The translations under genes and the position numbers were made by a program. 64,000 nucleotides of DNA. Origin: a phage. The DNA lies in NCBI GenBank assembly GCA_011939005.1, contig GCA_011939005.1_4858.1; one strand, given 5' to 3'. Positions 50,194 to 59,447 of the stretch are shown piece after piece (the first letter of the stretch is position 1; each line of letters opens with the position of its first letter). The notes under the pieces are model-generated. The model searched no databases and was not told the origin of the DNA. It was given only the letters and a program-made list of their open reading frames with translations.

Positions 50194-50664
50194 ATGAGCG
50201 AAGAAGTGAAATACCAAGCGTTCGACGGAGATGTGGACAACGAAGATTCGCTTCTCCGCCAAACACAACAGCTACGCGTTAAGCTCGTCACAGATATGGT
50301 GAACGACGGTGAAGTACACAAAGACTTAAAAGCCGTCGACCGAATCGAACGCCTAATCAACGGCATCGACAAACAGGTCATGACGAAGCGGAAAATTAAA
50401 GCTGCTGAGAAAGGCGCTGAGGCGACTCAAGATTTGGCCAACAGTTTAAACGGCTTCTTAATGACCCGTGCTGGCGTTGGTATCAAACGTCACGACGATG
50501 AAGAAGATTTAAATAACGGATACCAACCCACCGTCCCACAGATTGCCGCAGTACGGCCTCCGAAAGAAGGTGAGTTGGCACCAGTAGGCGAAAAGATTGA
50601 CGTTGACCAGATCATGGCGTCTGCGTTTGCGAGTCGTCGTCCTGCTGATGACGACGAAGACTAA
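50194..50664 (+). CDS. Acidic hypothetical protein, 156 aa, plus-strand gene inside a minus-strand block
   Basis: SD gaggt 8 nt upstream; Asp/Glu-rich with DDDED C-terminus. Confidence 0.55.
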   Translation: MSEEVKYQAFDGDVDNEDSLLRQTQQLRVKLVTDMVNDGEVHKDLKAVDRIERLINGIDKQVMTKRKIKAAEKGAEATQDLANSLNGFLMTRAGVGIKRHDDEEDLNNGYQPTVPQIAAVRPPKEGELAPVGEKIDVDQIMASAFASRRPADDDED

Positions 50665-51340
50665 ACAGCGCAGTGTCCTTTACGTCAGTACCGACGTATT
50701 GAGCAAGAAAACGGGTGGACTCCTTAAAGGGGTTCACCTTATCTCTTTTTATTTGCGCGATTGCTTCTTCCGTTAATTCGCTGGTCAGCATACTCGGTCG
50801 GGTAATCGTAAAATCCGGAATCGGTTTCTGGAAATGGCTCGCGTGTTGTTCTATCCACGGATACCAATCGTACATTATCCAACCATCCCATGCAGAAGCA
50901 AGTCGTCCTGGTGTAAGATCGCTGTGAGGAATAACAACGACGTCTACTTGCACTTCGTTGTAGTAGTAGCGCAGTTCTTCCAAAAACGCATGACGTTCTT
51001 CATCATCGAGATCAGCGTATGGCCACAGGTTAAACGTTAAGACAGGTCGCTCGATAGGAGCGTGCATCTGTATCGTCATTAACATTGCCTGTACTTCGTT
51101 CTTTAGCGTAAGCAACATTTCTGTTGGCTGCGCGTTCTGCAACGCGCGTTTATCACGCTCCGCGAACTTTTTATTCCAGTCCTGAATTCCTACCACTTCG
51201 GCCCACGCATCCGTGAACCGCATCCGATACACTTCTAAATCAAGCTTCTCTAATACATCAGGCTGCAACACTTTCGCCCAACCAATTCGTGTATCGAAGA
51301 TTGTGTCGATATCGACTAAGAAACGGCGTCCTAATCTCAT
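50612..51340 (-). CDS. Hypothetical protein, 242 aa
   Basis: ORF; 3' end overlaps convergent gene. Confidence 0.5.
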   Translation of the reverse strand: MRLGRRFLVDIDTIFDTRIGWAKVLQPDVLEKLDLEVYRMRFTDAWAEVVGIQDWNKKFAERDKRALQNAQPTEMLLTLKNEVQAMLMTIQMHAPIERPVLTFNLWPYADLDDEERHAFLEELRYYYNEVQVDVVVIPHSDLTPGRLASAWDGWIMYDWYPWIEQHASHFQKPIPDFTITRPSMLTSELTEEAIAQIKRDKVNPFKESTRFLAQYVGTDVKDTALFSLRRHQQDDDSQTQTP

Positions 51341-52005
51341 TCCGGGCGTCCTAAGTTGTTACCGATGTGCATTGCTTTAAAGTACGAAGACCATGTACGC
51401 GGCGCTTTTGAACTGGTACGCTCAGCCCCTTCCAGGTTGATGCGACCTTTACCGGTTTGCCGTAGCGATTGATAGAACGCACGTTGTAACGTATCGTTAC
51501 CACCACGCGCCCACAGGAACTCCTGGAGCGTTGAGTCGTGTCCATCCGAGTACATGATGTACGCTTCTGGAAACGAAACACCCGAAGCTTTGGAAGGCCC
51601 TACTACCTGACCTGAGAGTTTATCGCGGACTTTATCGTTCTTCGCCACCGCCATTTTCTTCTCATGCATCTGCGTCTGGCGACGTGCAGGCAGGCGGAAG
51701 ACTAAATGGGGGTAACGGGTACGCTGTAGGATACCGGTTTTCGGTTCCGTGAGCCACAGGCGCTGACACAAGCTCAGTCCCATCGCTTCGCAAATTTTAA
51801 TATTGCGCATATGGTCAATTTTGACCTTGCCACCAGTTGGGTTGTAAACAGGCAACCCTTCGCGCAGACGATTGAACTCTTCGTCAGACATTCGCGAGAA
51901 AGCGCGCTTGGCAGCTTCCGCGTTAATCCCGGTCGGGTCAACTAAGTTCAGTAACTGTAAAGCATAAGCTTCTGCTTTTTTTCGCCGTGCCGGGTCTAAT
52001 CTCAT
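51337..52005 (-). CDS. Hypothetical protein, 222 aa
   Basis: ORF. Confidence 0.5.
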   Translation of the reverse strand: MRLDPARRKKAEAYALQLLNLVDPTGINAEAAKRAFSRMSDEEFNRLREGLPVYNPTGGKVKIDHMRNIKICEAMGLSLCQRLWLTEPKTGILQRTRYPHLVFRLPARRQTQMHEKKMAVAKNDKVRDKLSGQVVGPSKASGVSFPEAYIMYSDGHDSTLQEFLWARGGNDTLQRAFYQSLRQTGKGRINLEGAERTSSKAPRTWSSYFKAMHIGNNLGRPE

Positions 52006-52277
52006 TTTTTCATCCTCTCGCGGAGCACTGGAAGAACCACACGTTCCAGGTCTTCAATCCAGTACGGGATATCTTCATTGTGTTCAGGCACACCGACCGC
52101 ATCAACCTTCGGTTTATCATTAATCAGGTTGCCGTAATGGGCATTTACCTGATGACTAAATTCAGACAGTGCATGTCGCGGTGCTGAGAACTCGTTATGG
52201 AACGCGGTGCTAAGTTCCTGGCTAATACCAGCGAGACCCAGACACAGACGCTCTACAATATCTTTCTGATAACGCAT
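52002..52277 (-). CDS. Hypothetical protein, 91 aa
   Basis: ORF. Confidence 0.4.
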   Translation of the reverse strand: MRYQKDIVERLCLGLAGISQELSTAFHNEFSAPRHALSEFSHQVNAHYGNLINDKPKVDAVGVPEHNEDIPYWIEDLERVVLPVLRERMKK

Positions 52278-52322
52278 CGCTAATCCTCAGGGGGGAAAAC
52301 AGGCGGGTTGCCCCGCCCATGC

Positions 52323-53816
52323 TTATTTCTTCTTAGTCAAGAACTTAGGTTCCAGACCATCCACGGCCATCGCCAGTAATGACATTGCTGTTAAGCAACG
52401 CTTACCACCTTTGACTTCCTGATCCTTGAACATCCAGTATTCCACTGTATTGTCCAGAATTTCATTCCAGTCCCACTTTTCGTCGATAACTTTATAAAGC
52501 TCCGCCGGTGAGAGATGGTACTTCATTTCCAGTCGGTGGTAGTTATTCTGCATGTACGCTAATGCGGCGGTGATTTCCAACGCACGGCGCAAACGCGGGT
52601 TGCTGTCACACATGTCGCGAATCGTGGTACGCATGAAAGATGTACCAGGTAGCAAATCGAGGGTATAGTTAGCACCACTACGTTTGTAGCCCCATTCATC
52701 TTTCAGTGTGTCGCTCAGGTAATGCCACAGAGAGAGGTGATAAAGCAGACCCATCTCCTGCGAGAAGACCATTTTGAACTTAACGCCTGTGTGACCACCC
52801 TTCGCACGGTACTGCGTGAAAACAATTTCTTTCAGGTCGTTCACCGAAGCATTCATTGCTTTCGAACGCGCAGTCGGGTATTTCTCTTCGTTTACACCGG
52901 TCTTCGCGTTGTAAGTCTGATCCTGCTTCAACTCACCAGACTTGGTTGCAACCAGCAGGGAGTTAGTTAAGAACGACAACTGACGGCGCGGGATACCCGC
53001 AAACTTCAGATCATCGCCTGCATCGTCCAACAGTTTACCGTTCGCCTTCGGTCCACCACGGCCACCTGCCGCCATTGCTTTACCCGCATCGTCGGCCAAC
53101 TGAGCAACGAAGCCCATATAGAAACCACCACGCGCAAACGCAGACGGCCAACGGCTCATCATATTCGATTTCTGCAGGGCATCGTGGGCGTTCAGGATGT
53201 TCTGTTCAGAATCACCGACTTCCGATTTGGCATGTTTCTCTTCCAGAGAAGAGGTGTGCCATTCGGACAGGGAGTCAATCGAGTACAACCACGGGTCGAG
53301 AATCTTTTTCGCAGAGCGACGGATTGGGTCAGGGAATGGTGTTTCGCGTGCCTTACCAGCCATATACTCTTTGAAACGTTTTTCGACTTCGTCACGGATA
53401 TAAGCAGAGTAATACTCCTCACCCGCCATGATATCCGAGCCAACCATGTTGTAACGACCTTCGTGGATCAGGTCCAGCACGCCGCCCGTTGGTGATACTT
53501 CTAATCCGTTTGCTTTCGCTGCGGAAATGTACCCCGTTTCCAGACGACTTAATGCTGCCGTAACTTCGGTATCGTATTTCGATCCCCAGGCTGCATTATA
53601 ACGTTGCAGAATCATGAAAATGCAGAAGTCTAATAAGGTAGACTTAAAGGTGTTCCCACGACCTGCGAAGCCCATGATGTGGGCAAAACCACCGTTGAGG
53701 TAGTACAAACCATCTTCCCCGCGCTCGTAGTTACCGAGAGCGTGGTCCATGATGGTATATACGTTAAAACGAGGGCGAATTACTTCACCCATGACTTGTT
53801 TAGCTGGACCTGCCAT
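52323..53816 (-). CDS. UvsX/RecA-family recombinase-like ATPase candidate (497 aa)
   Basis: MGFAGRGNTFKSTLL resembles the atypical T4 UvsX Walker A LAGPSKSFKSNFGL (F-K-S in place of G-K-T), recalled from memory; rest of protein not verified. Confidence 0.4.
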   Translation of the reverse strand: MAGPAKQVMGEVIRPRFNVYTIMDHALGNYERGEDGLYYLNGGFAHIMGFAGRGNTFKSTLLDFCIFMILQRYNAAWGSKYDTEVTAALSRLETGYISAAKANGLEVSPTGGVLDLIHEGRYNMVGSDIMAGEEYYSAYIRDEVEKRFKEYMAGKARETPFPDPIRRSAKKILDPWLYSIDSLSEWHTSSLEEKHAKSEVGDSEQNILNAHDALQKSNMMSRWPSAFARGGFYMGFVAQLADDAGKAMAAGGRGGPKANGKLLDDAGDDLKFAGIPRRQLSFLTNSLLVATKSGELKQDQTYNAKTGVNEEKYPTARSKAMNASVNDLKEIVFTQYRAKGGHTGVKFKMVFSQEMGLLYHLSLWHYLSDTLKDEWGYKRSGANYTLDLLPGTSFMRTTIRDMCDSNPRLRRALEITAALAYMQNNYHRLEMKYHLSPAELYKVIDEKWDWNEILDNTVEYWMFKDQEVKGGKRCLTAMSLLAMAVDGLEPKFLTKKK

Positions 53817-53831
53817 TTAGCGCTCCGTCAA

Positions 53832-54131
53832 TTAGCGTTTTTTCAGTGGGAGTAACAGACGACGTTTATGCCAAACTTCGAAATGCATTTCTGCCCACTC
53901 GGTGACTTGACTGTCATCTTTAGGGTTGATATTAGAAATGCCCTTGAAGCGGTTACGGTTACGTTCGTCGATTTCGATTTCCAGAACGCGCTGACCATCA
54001 GCACGAGTGGTCACGTTCAGGATTTTACCAACCACGATCGGACTACCATCGGTATTCTTCTTCGTCGGGGTGGTGTAAATCTCAGGTTCGATACGAGAGG
54101 TTAAAGCGCGAGTCAGTAATTTGATTCTCAT
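53832..54131 (-). CDS. Hypothetical protein, 99 aa
   Basis: ORF. Confidence 0.45.
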   Translation of the reverse strand: MRIKLLTRALTSRIEPEIYTTPTKKNTDGSPIVVGKILNVTTRADGQRVLEIEIDERNRNRFKGISNINPKDDSQVTEWAEMHFEVWHKRRLLLPLKKR

Positions 54132-54229
54132 CAGGTGTTACCTTTTTGCAGTTCTCGTACATAAGGTTTGGGTGATACGTAAAAGACTTACTATGTAGCC
54201 CAATCCCTTATATATTCGAGGTTGATAGA

Positions 54230-54985
54230 ATGAATGTTAATCCACTTGCAGCGTTGTCGGGCTTTGTTGCCAAAGCATCCACGATTCTGCCTAAAGCCTT
54301 TAGCGGCTCTCAACAGGAACTCGCGCTGACCACCTATGACGACATGTCTGATGTGTCCAAGTGGATGCAGCAAGAGAAGTTTTTAAACTTTACCGGAATG
54401 CTTGTACCCGTACCTCCGGGCTTCAACACGTATGTGATGGACCACATAGAACGGTTGGAATCTGTATGGGCTGTGCTCCAGAAGATTCAGGAAGGGGTTT
54501 TAACACCCATCGACAAACGTTTCGGTGCGATGACCCACGACCTGGGCATGTTAACTCTGCCGATTGGGTTTAAGTTCAAAGACCTGAACTACCCACTGAA
54601 AAACATTAACCCGAAAGACCTGGTTGAGAAACTGGCGAAGTCGTACACCAACAATGTGATCGACCAGCGTGCGATTGAAAAGACCTACCACAGTGCAGGT
54701 GAGATTGACGTTGCGTTTAATCGTGCCAAAGCGCTGAACCTGGAAGTGACTAAGAAACTTCAGAAAGGTATTGATCGTACAGTTGAAAGCATCAATGTCT
54801 CTGTAGACATTATCTCTAATTCACAAGTCCATCCTAATGTGGCGGCAGAGTTAGTGAAAATGGCTGACATGGGTGCTGACTGGGTTGAGCTGTTCGGACT
54901 GTTTATGAAACAGATTAATGAACTGACAGAATGCCTGAACGTAACCGGTGATCGCCTCAAGACCCTGAAAGCAAACAAAAAATAA
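54230..54985 (+). CDS. Hypothetical protein, 251 aa, monocistronic plus-strand gene
   Basis: SD gagg; own terminator directly downstream. Confidence 0.6.
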   Translation: MNVNPLAALSGFVAKASTILPKAFSGSQQELALTTYDDMSDVSKWMQQEKFLNFTGMLVPVPPGFNTYVMDHIERLESVWAVLQKIQEGVLTPIDKRFGAMTHDLGMLTLPIGFKFKDLNYPLKNINPKDLVEKLAKSYTNNVIDQRAIEKTYHSAGEIDVAFNRAKALNLEVTKKLQKGIDRTVESINVSVDIISNSQVHPNVAAELVKMADMGADWVELFGLFMKQINELTECLNVTGDRLKTLKANKK

Positions 54986-55039
54986 AAAGTAAGCAGTACC
55001 CACTCCCCTTACGGGAGTGGGTAGGCTTTATTTTATTTG
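54975..55039. terminator. Bidirectional intrinsic terminator between convergent genes (hairpin 54997-55023)
   Basis: 11-bp stem tacccactccc/gggagtgggta, T-rich run 55027-55037, A-rich run 54975-54988. Confidence 0.75.
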
Positions 55040-55956
55040 CATTTAGAACCGTTGACAAATGTCGGCGGTATCCATTTCAAAATCTTTGTCCGATTCCCGT
55101 CACGTGGACCGAGCCAGTAAGTACACCAGTGTGCACGACGCATATGCGCACATCTGCTACCTTGTGTTCTTTTCTCCGTATCAGTATCAAATTCTTCAAG
55201 ATACTCGCTTTGTGCTTTTACGGTGGAGAGGACAGTCGGTTTAGATTTTGGTTCAATGTGGTAATTGGCGATACGTTTCTTTCCAGTTAATTGTCTCAGT
55301 TTGACGGGTGTAGGGTTGTGCGGGATCAGTGAGAATGTAAACATGGTAGCGCCGACAATGCGTAACGTTTTCTCATTGGCCGGCGTACCAGTTTCCGCCA
55401 CACGCAAGGATACAAAGCCGTCACCCACGTCCACGATTTCAAAGGTTTCCCCCTCGATACGTTTTCCAAAAATCATCATTGTTAAACAATCTTTCCCTTT
55501 AAACATTCGCCGACCGAAAACGTAAGTCTTTTCTTGGATACCGATATCTTTAGCGCGATAGCACACTGAAAAGGAGACGGCCCAACCGGGAATCTTGTCT
55601 ATCCAGCTGCGTGGTATCTCAGTGAGAACGTCGCCAAGTAGAACTTGTTCAAAAATATTAAGATCAAATTCCATTTGGATACCCCCGTATCGCCAGCCGT
55701 AGGCAAGAGACAGGAAGTCTGCGGTGCATTCTTCGGCGAAGCAGTTCTTTAGGAACGCCTCAATCGGTATAAAGTGCTGGCCTATCTCGCCACAATGGGC
55801 TATTGCGTATTGCTCGATGATGGCGGGATCTCCACTTCTGGATTTCACACGTTCGTCGATTTTAGTAAGACCGTTTAAGAAATTACTCGGGGATTCGCGC
55901 ATACCGATTACATCTACATTTACCGATTCTGCCAAATCAAAAAGAAAGCTGTCCAT
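55033..55956 (-). CDS. Hypothetical protein, 307 aa, monocistronic (terminators on both sides)
   Basis: SD aaggag 7 nt upstream; C-terminal Cys/His cluster RCAHMRRAHWC. Confidence 0.6.
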   Translation of the reverse strand: MDSFLFDLAESVNVDVIGMRESPSNFLNGLTKIDERVKSRSGDPAIIEQYAIAHCGEIGQHFIPIEAFLKNCFAEECTADFLSLAYGWRYGGIQMEFDLNIFEQVLLGDVLTEIPRSWIDKIPGWAVSFSVCYRAKDIGIQEKTYVFGRRMFKGKDCLTMMIFGKRIEGETFEIVDVGDGFVSLRVAETGTPANEKTLRIVGATMFTFSLIPHNPTPVKLRQLTGKKRIANYHIEPKSKPTVLSTVKAQSEYLEEFDTDTEKRTQGSRCAHMRRAHWCTYWLGPRDGNRTKILKWIPPTFVNGSKCK

Positions 55957-55983
55957 TTAATACTCCTTTAGATTAATGGTCGA

Positions 55984-56019
55984 TTAAAATAAAACTACGG
56001 ACACCCCGAAGAGTGTCCG
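55984..56019 (-). terminator. Intrinsic terminator (hairpin 55998-56019, UUCG loop on minus RNA)
   Basis: 7-bp stem cggacac/gtgtccg directly after stop at 56025, A-rich plus run upstream. Confidence 0.6.
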
Positions 56020-56024
56020 TTTAA

Positions 56025-56567
56025 CTAGAAATTGCCAATAGTGATGGGCTGCGTTGGCTCGACCACAATCAGTATTTCTTTCAGACGTGAAACGATATGC
56101 TCCCAGATCTGTGCTTCGAGGTGACGTAGCATAGTGGTGAACTCCTCCATATACATCTTTTTATACTCGTCGCGGTTGAGATGTTCCCACGCTTCTTTCA
56201 ATGGGCCTGCTTCCGGTCCAGACATCTTAATCATCATTTCGATGTCCTTCATTTCATCAAACGCTTTACCGACCTTATCAATAACCTCATCGGTCTTGAG
56301 TTCGAGTGAGAAGCGACCCATCTTAGACTGCAGGAAGCCGTCTTCAATGTCTTCGTCGTTGTATTCGAAACACGCAATACGTTGCGCGAGTTGATGAACT
56401 TCATTTACCGCGATATTGACGTACGCCGCAGAGATAAGTCCAGCGAGGTGTTGACGATCGATATTCTTCGGTATCAGATAGTCTTCACACTTACGCTTAA
56501 ACTCGAACAACGCCGCTGGAAATATTTCACGAAATTCGTCATCGAGTAAATCAATGAATATTTTCAT
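56025..56567 (-). CDS. Hypothetical protein, 180 aa (tandem paralog of next gene)
   Basis: ORF; shares N-terminal M-x-I-x-IDxx and internal RF-x-L...TD...DKVG segment with 56564-57103. Confidence 0.55.
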   Translation of the reverse strand: MKIFIDLLDDEFREIFPAALFEFKRKCEDYLIPKNIDRQHLAGLISAAYVNIAVNEVHQLAQRIACFEYNDEDIEDGFLQSKMGRFSLELKTDEVIDKVGKAFDEMKDIEMMIKMSGPEAGPLKEAWEHLNRDEYKKMYMEEFTTMLRHLEAQIWEHIVSRLKEILIVVEPTQPITIGNF

Positions 56568-57103
56568 TCAACAGGTTTCCCATATTTCTCGCCGAGATAC
56601 AGCAGTTCGCGACGACAGATAGCCAGCACCTTCATCTCCGCCTCACGATACAGCTTGGTGATTTTGTCAATGATTGGCTGGTCAACGATATCGGACCATG
56701 TTACCGTATCCGTAACGTTCGACGTTTGCCCGTTAATGACCACAGCAACATATGTCTCGCCCAGGTTCTCTTGATGTAACCCCGCCAGAGATTCACCAAC
56801 CTTATCAAAGGCTTCACTCAATAAGTCGGTGATTTGGTCCGTCCCTTCTACCAGTTCAAAACGATGGGGATAGTTCAGAATGTTACGCAGCCGCGTGAAC
56901 ATACGCTCAATAAGCTGATTTACCATATCCCCAGTGTCACAGATAGTCACATCTACACCCGAACCTATTTCGTCAGACAAACGATTTTCGTGGACGGCCA
57001 ACGCATCGTGAAGTTCAAATTCCACGTCACGTTTTAATCCTAACAGAATTTCATCTAGCTGACGTCTCGACTCCGACAGAGCGAAGTCAATTACGATTTG
57101 CAT
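56564..57103 (-). CDS. Hypothetical protein, 179 aa (tandem paralog)
   Basis: ORF; see previous. Confidence 0.55.
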   Translation of the reverse strand: MQIVIDFALSESRRQLDEILLGLKRDVEFELHDALAVHENRLSDEIGSGVDVTICDTGDMVNQLIERMFTRLRNILNYPHRFELVEGTDQITDLLSEAFDKVGESLAGLHQENLGETYVAVVINGQTSNVTDTVTWSDIVDQPIIDKITKLYREAEMKVLAICRRELLYLGEKYGKPVE

Positions 57104-57113
57104 CTAATGCTCC

Positions 57114-57521
57114 TTAAAAGTTACTTAACTCGGGCTGCGTATACCAGTATCTGCACGCTACGAGATCCACAACGTTATATTTCAGTTGTCCACCGTGCTG
57201 TGACGTGTCTGCCAATTCATGCGCAAGCTTGTACGCCAAGTCTTCACGGTTGTCGAGGATAAGCAACACAACACGCTGCACCTCATTAAAGATATCCGGT
57301 TCACGTAAACAACTGTAGCGCTCGCTAAGATGCTTAATAACGCCTTTATAAACATCTTCTGGTACAGCAGTGCCATTTTCTGCTACGTGGAATGAAACAA
57401 GCACGATTTTAATTAAAATCTCGACAACCATGGAGTATATCATTCCACGGTTGCCGTTAATTTCCACATGCTTTAGATACTCTTGCAAGTCCATCAATGA
57501 CTCGCTATACACCTTTAACAT
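57114..57521 (-). CDS. Hypothetical protein (about 136 aa; start at ATG 57521)
   Basis: SD agaggtgg before ATG 57521, 11 nt after upstream stop. Confidence 0.45.
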   Translation of the reverse strand: MLKVYSESLMDLQEYLKHVEINGNRGMIYSMVVEILIKIVLVSFHVAENGTAVPEDVYKGVIKHLSERYSCLREPDIFNEVQRVVLLILDNREDLAYKLAHELADTSQHGGQLKYNVVDLVACRYWYTQPELSNF

Positions 57522-57532
57522 AGCGACCACCT

Positions 57533-57904
57533 CTAGTTGGTTGCCGGCCACACCCCTGGCGATGGGATTGCATCGTATCCACGCCATTTCTTAATGGCAA
57601 CAAGGCTAGTGCCTGGGGAGCCGTCTAAATCGAAACCGACGGTTGCAACCACATCAACTTCGGTTTCTAAGTTAGAGTGGCCGATCGGAGAGAGGTGGGA
57701 GAAGCTGACGACTTTACCGCCCTGGATGGCGGTATCTCGAACTATACGAGCCATCTGTCTTATTTCTTGAGAAACTGGGCCGCGTAGGGTGGTTACCCGC
57801 GACGATAACGTCAACCAGTTTTCGCTCTCGGGTGCGACTATGTACAGAATAGTCCCTTCTTTAAAGTATTGTTTAACCAGTGTTTCAAATTCGTCTTGCG
57901 TCAT
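57533..57904 (-). CDS. Hypothetical protein, 123 aa
   Basis: ORF. Confidence 0.45.
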   Translation of the reverse strand: MTQDEFETLVKQYFKEGTILYIVAPESENWLTLSSRVTTLRGPVSQEIRQMARIVRDTAIQGGKVVSFSHLSPIGHSNLETEVDVVATVGFDLDGSPGTSLVAIKKWRGYDAIPSPGVWPATN

Positions 57905-57917
57905 GTTAAATACTCCT

Positions 57918-58652
57918 TCAGTAGTTTAGTTTCTCAGCGACTTCTTTACGGATGCGACACATCACCACCATCGCACCATTCGGAATTTGGCTCACGCAGT
58001 TATCCGTGTAAAACTTACCTTCACAGAGATAAAAGTCCAGACACATGGCATCGGTCAGTTCGTGCCACAGTGTGCCGAAACCATACTGCCAAGGGCCGGA
58101 ATGAACGACATCGTAATCGCCATCAGTTATGCCAAATGCGGCAGTAGCGGAAGACCACAGTGTTGAGGAGGTGGTATAAGTGTCATACCAGTAACCGAGC
58201 AGTCGATGGTTACGACGTATCTCAGCTAACCGCTCGTACATTGGGATGAATACGTCCTCCACTTGCGTGACAAAATCAGCCAGCATCAACTTTTCCGTGA
58301 ACCACTCGATCCACGCAAAGATTTGTTCTTCAACGTCTTGTTGGCTTAACCCCGTGGCAGTAATGCCTTCTTCGTAGGTGTAACCTTCGTAGACGTCAAC
58401 AACATTAATCTCTACATGCTCTAGCGTGAACAACCGTTCGGTGTTGATGCAGTCGTACATCTCTTGTAACCACGCAGTGAAGACTTCTATACAGACGTTG
58501 ATGGCTGTATACTTGAATTCATCGCGCAGAGGATACCACTGTGGGTTATCCTTTAGTTCGTTCTTCGCGAACGCGGGCCAATGCTTTTCGAACAACGCTT
58601 CAAAGAACTGGGGCGTGAGGTTTAAAAGCACCGGCACTTCGACTTTAAGCAT
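57918..58652 (-). CDS. Hypothetical protein, 244 aa
   Basis: ORF. Confidence 0.55.
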   Translation of the reverse strand: MLKVEVPVLLNLTPQFFEALFEKHWPAFAKNELKDNPQWYPLRDEFKYTAINVCIEVFTAWLQEMYDCINTERLFTLEHVEINVVDVYEGYTYEEGITATGLSQQDVEEQIFAWIEWFTEKLMLADFVTQVEDVFIPMYERLAEIRRNHRLLGYWYDTYTTSSTLWSSATAAFGITDGDYDVVHSGPWQYGFGTLWHELTDAMCLDFYLCEGKFYTDNCVSQIPNGAMVVMCRIRKEVAEKLNY

Positions 58653-58705
58653 CGTGAATAAATTCTCCTTAAGGTTACGTCCCTGTAGATAATATCTATC
58701 TCAGA

Positions 58706-59446
58706 TTACTTTAAGAGATGCAAGAAGCGTGCTGCCTGTTCTGTAAAGTGAAAATACTCGATGGTATCAGGTTCGTCCGAGTGAATGTCGTCCGGGTCCA
58801 GCAGGTAGCCCGAGATATCATCCGTTAAAACCCAAGCGTCCCCTTGCAGGAAAATACCCATCGGTTTTTCTACCACGGGCATCACTAAGTCCGAATAAGA
58901 GTTACCTTCTGCTACCCTTACAATGTCTTCGCACGGGTCAACAATATACAGGTTGCAGAGACTGCGATCTTTAAGACTGCGATGAAACATCGCTCGATCG
59001 TACCAAATAACCTGAGAACAATTATCTTCGTCACCCGCCACATCGACCAACTCTGTCCAGAAACGATGTAAGAACCAGTTCAACGCACCGGTTATTAGCT
59101 CGTTCGGTTTCAGCATTCTAACGTGTTCGTCGTACAACTCTTCCATTGTCCAGATTCGACATTGCTCACGATCGATTGTCGGTAGCGGAGGTATTTGCGG
59201 CGGGACTTGTTTAGGCATCGGCTCATCACATCTTGCATTGTAACGCGCAATTGTTTCGGTAACCAGCTCTGCCACAACATCACAAGCCGCTTCAAATCCC
59301 CACTTGTACAACACGTCGTAATCTTCCATGGGCGCAGCACCGAACTCACGGTTCGTTGCCATCCACGACATCCATCCGTATTGCTCCACACAGTTAATCA
59401 GACTTTGTGTGTGGAGCGTGAGCGATTCACTCACGACTCGCAACAT
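58706..59446 (-). CDS. Hypothetical protein (about 247 aa; start at ATG 59446)
   Basis: SD gaggtg; ATG overlaps stop of upstream gene (ATG at 59444-59446, TAA at 59448-59450). Confidence 0.5.
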   Translation of the reverse strand: MLRVVSESLTLHTQSLINCVEQYGWMSWMATNREFGAAPMEDYDVLYKWGFEAACDVVAELVTETIARYNARCDEPMPKQVPPQIPPLPTIDREQCRIWTMEELYDEHVRMLKPNELITGALNWFLHRFWTELVDVAGDEDNCSQVIWYDRAMFHRSLKDRSLCNLYIVDPCEDIVRVAEGNSYSDLVMPVVEKPMGIFLQGDAWVLTDDISGYLLDPDDIHSDEPDTIEYFHFTEQAARFLHLLK

Positions 59447-59447
59447 G

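Noticed and set aside
52323-53816. Tubulin/PhuZ or chimallin identity for large unassigned ORFs (497 aa, 681 aa)
   Set aside because: No tubulin GGGTGSG signature found; chimallin cannot be recognised by eye; left as UvsX-like candidate and sheath-like candidate.
54141-54229. Sigma-70 promoter (TTACTA-17-TATATT) for gene 54230-54985
   Set aside because: The -10 would place the transcription start inside or beyond the SD, leaving almost no leader; not credible as the functional promoter without TSS data.
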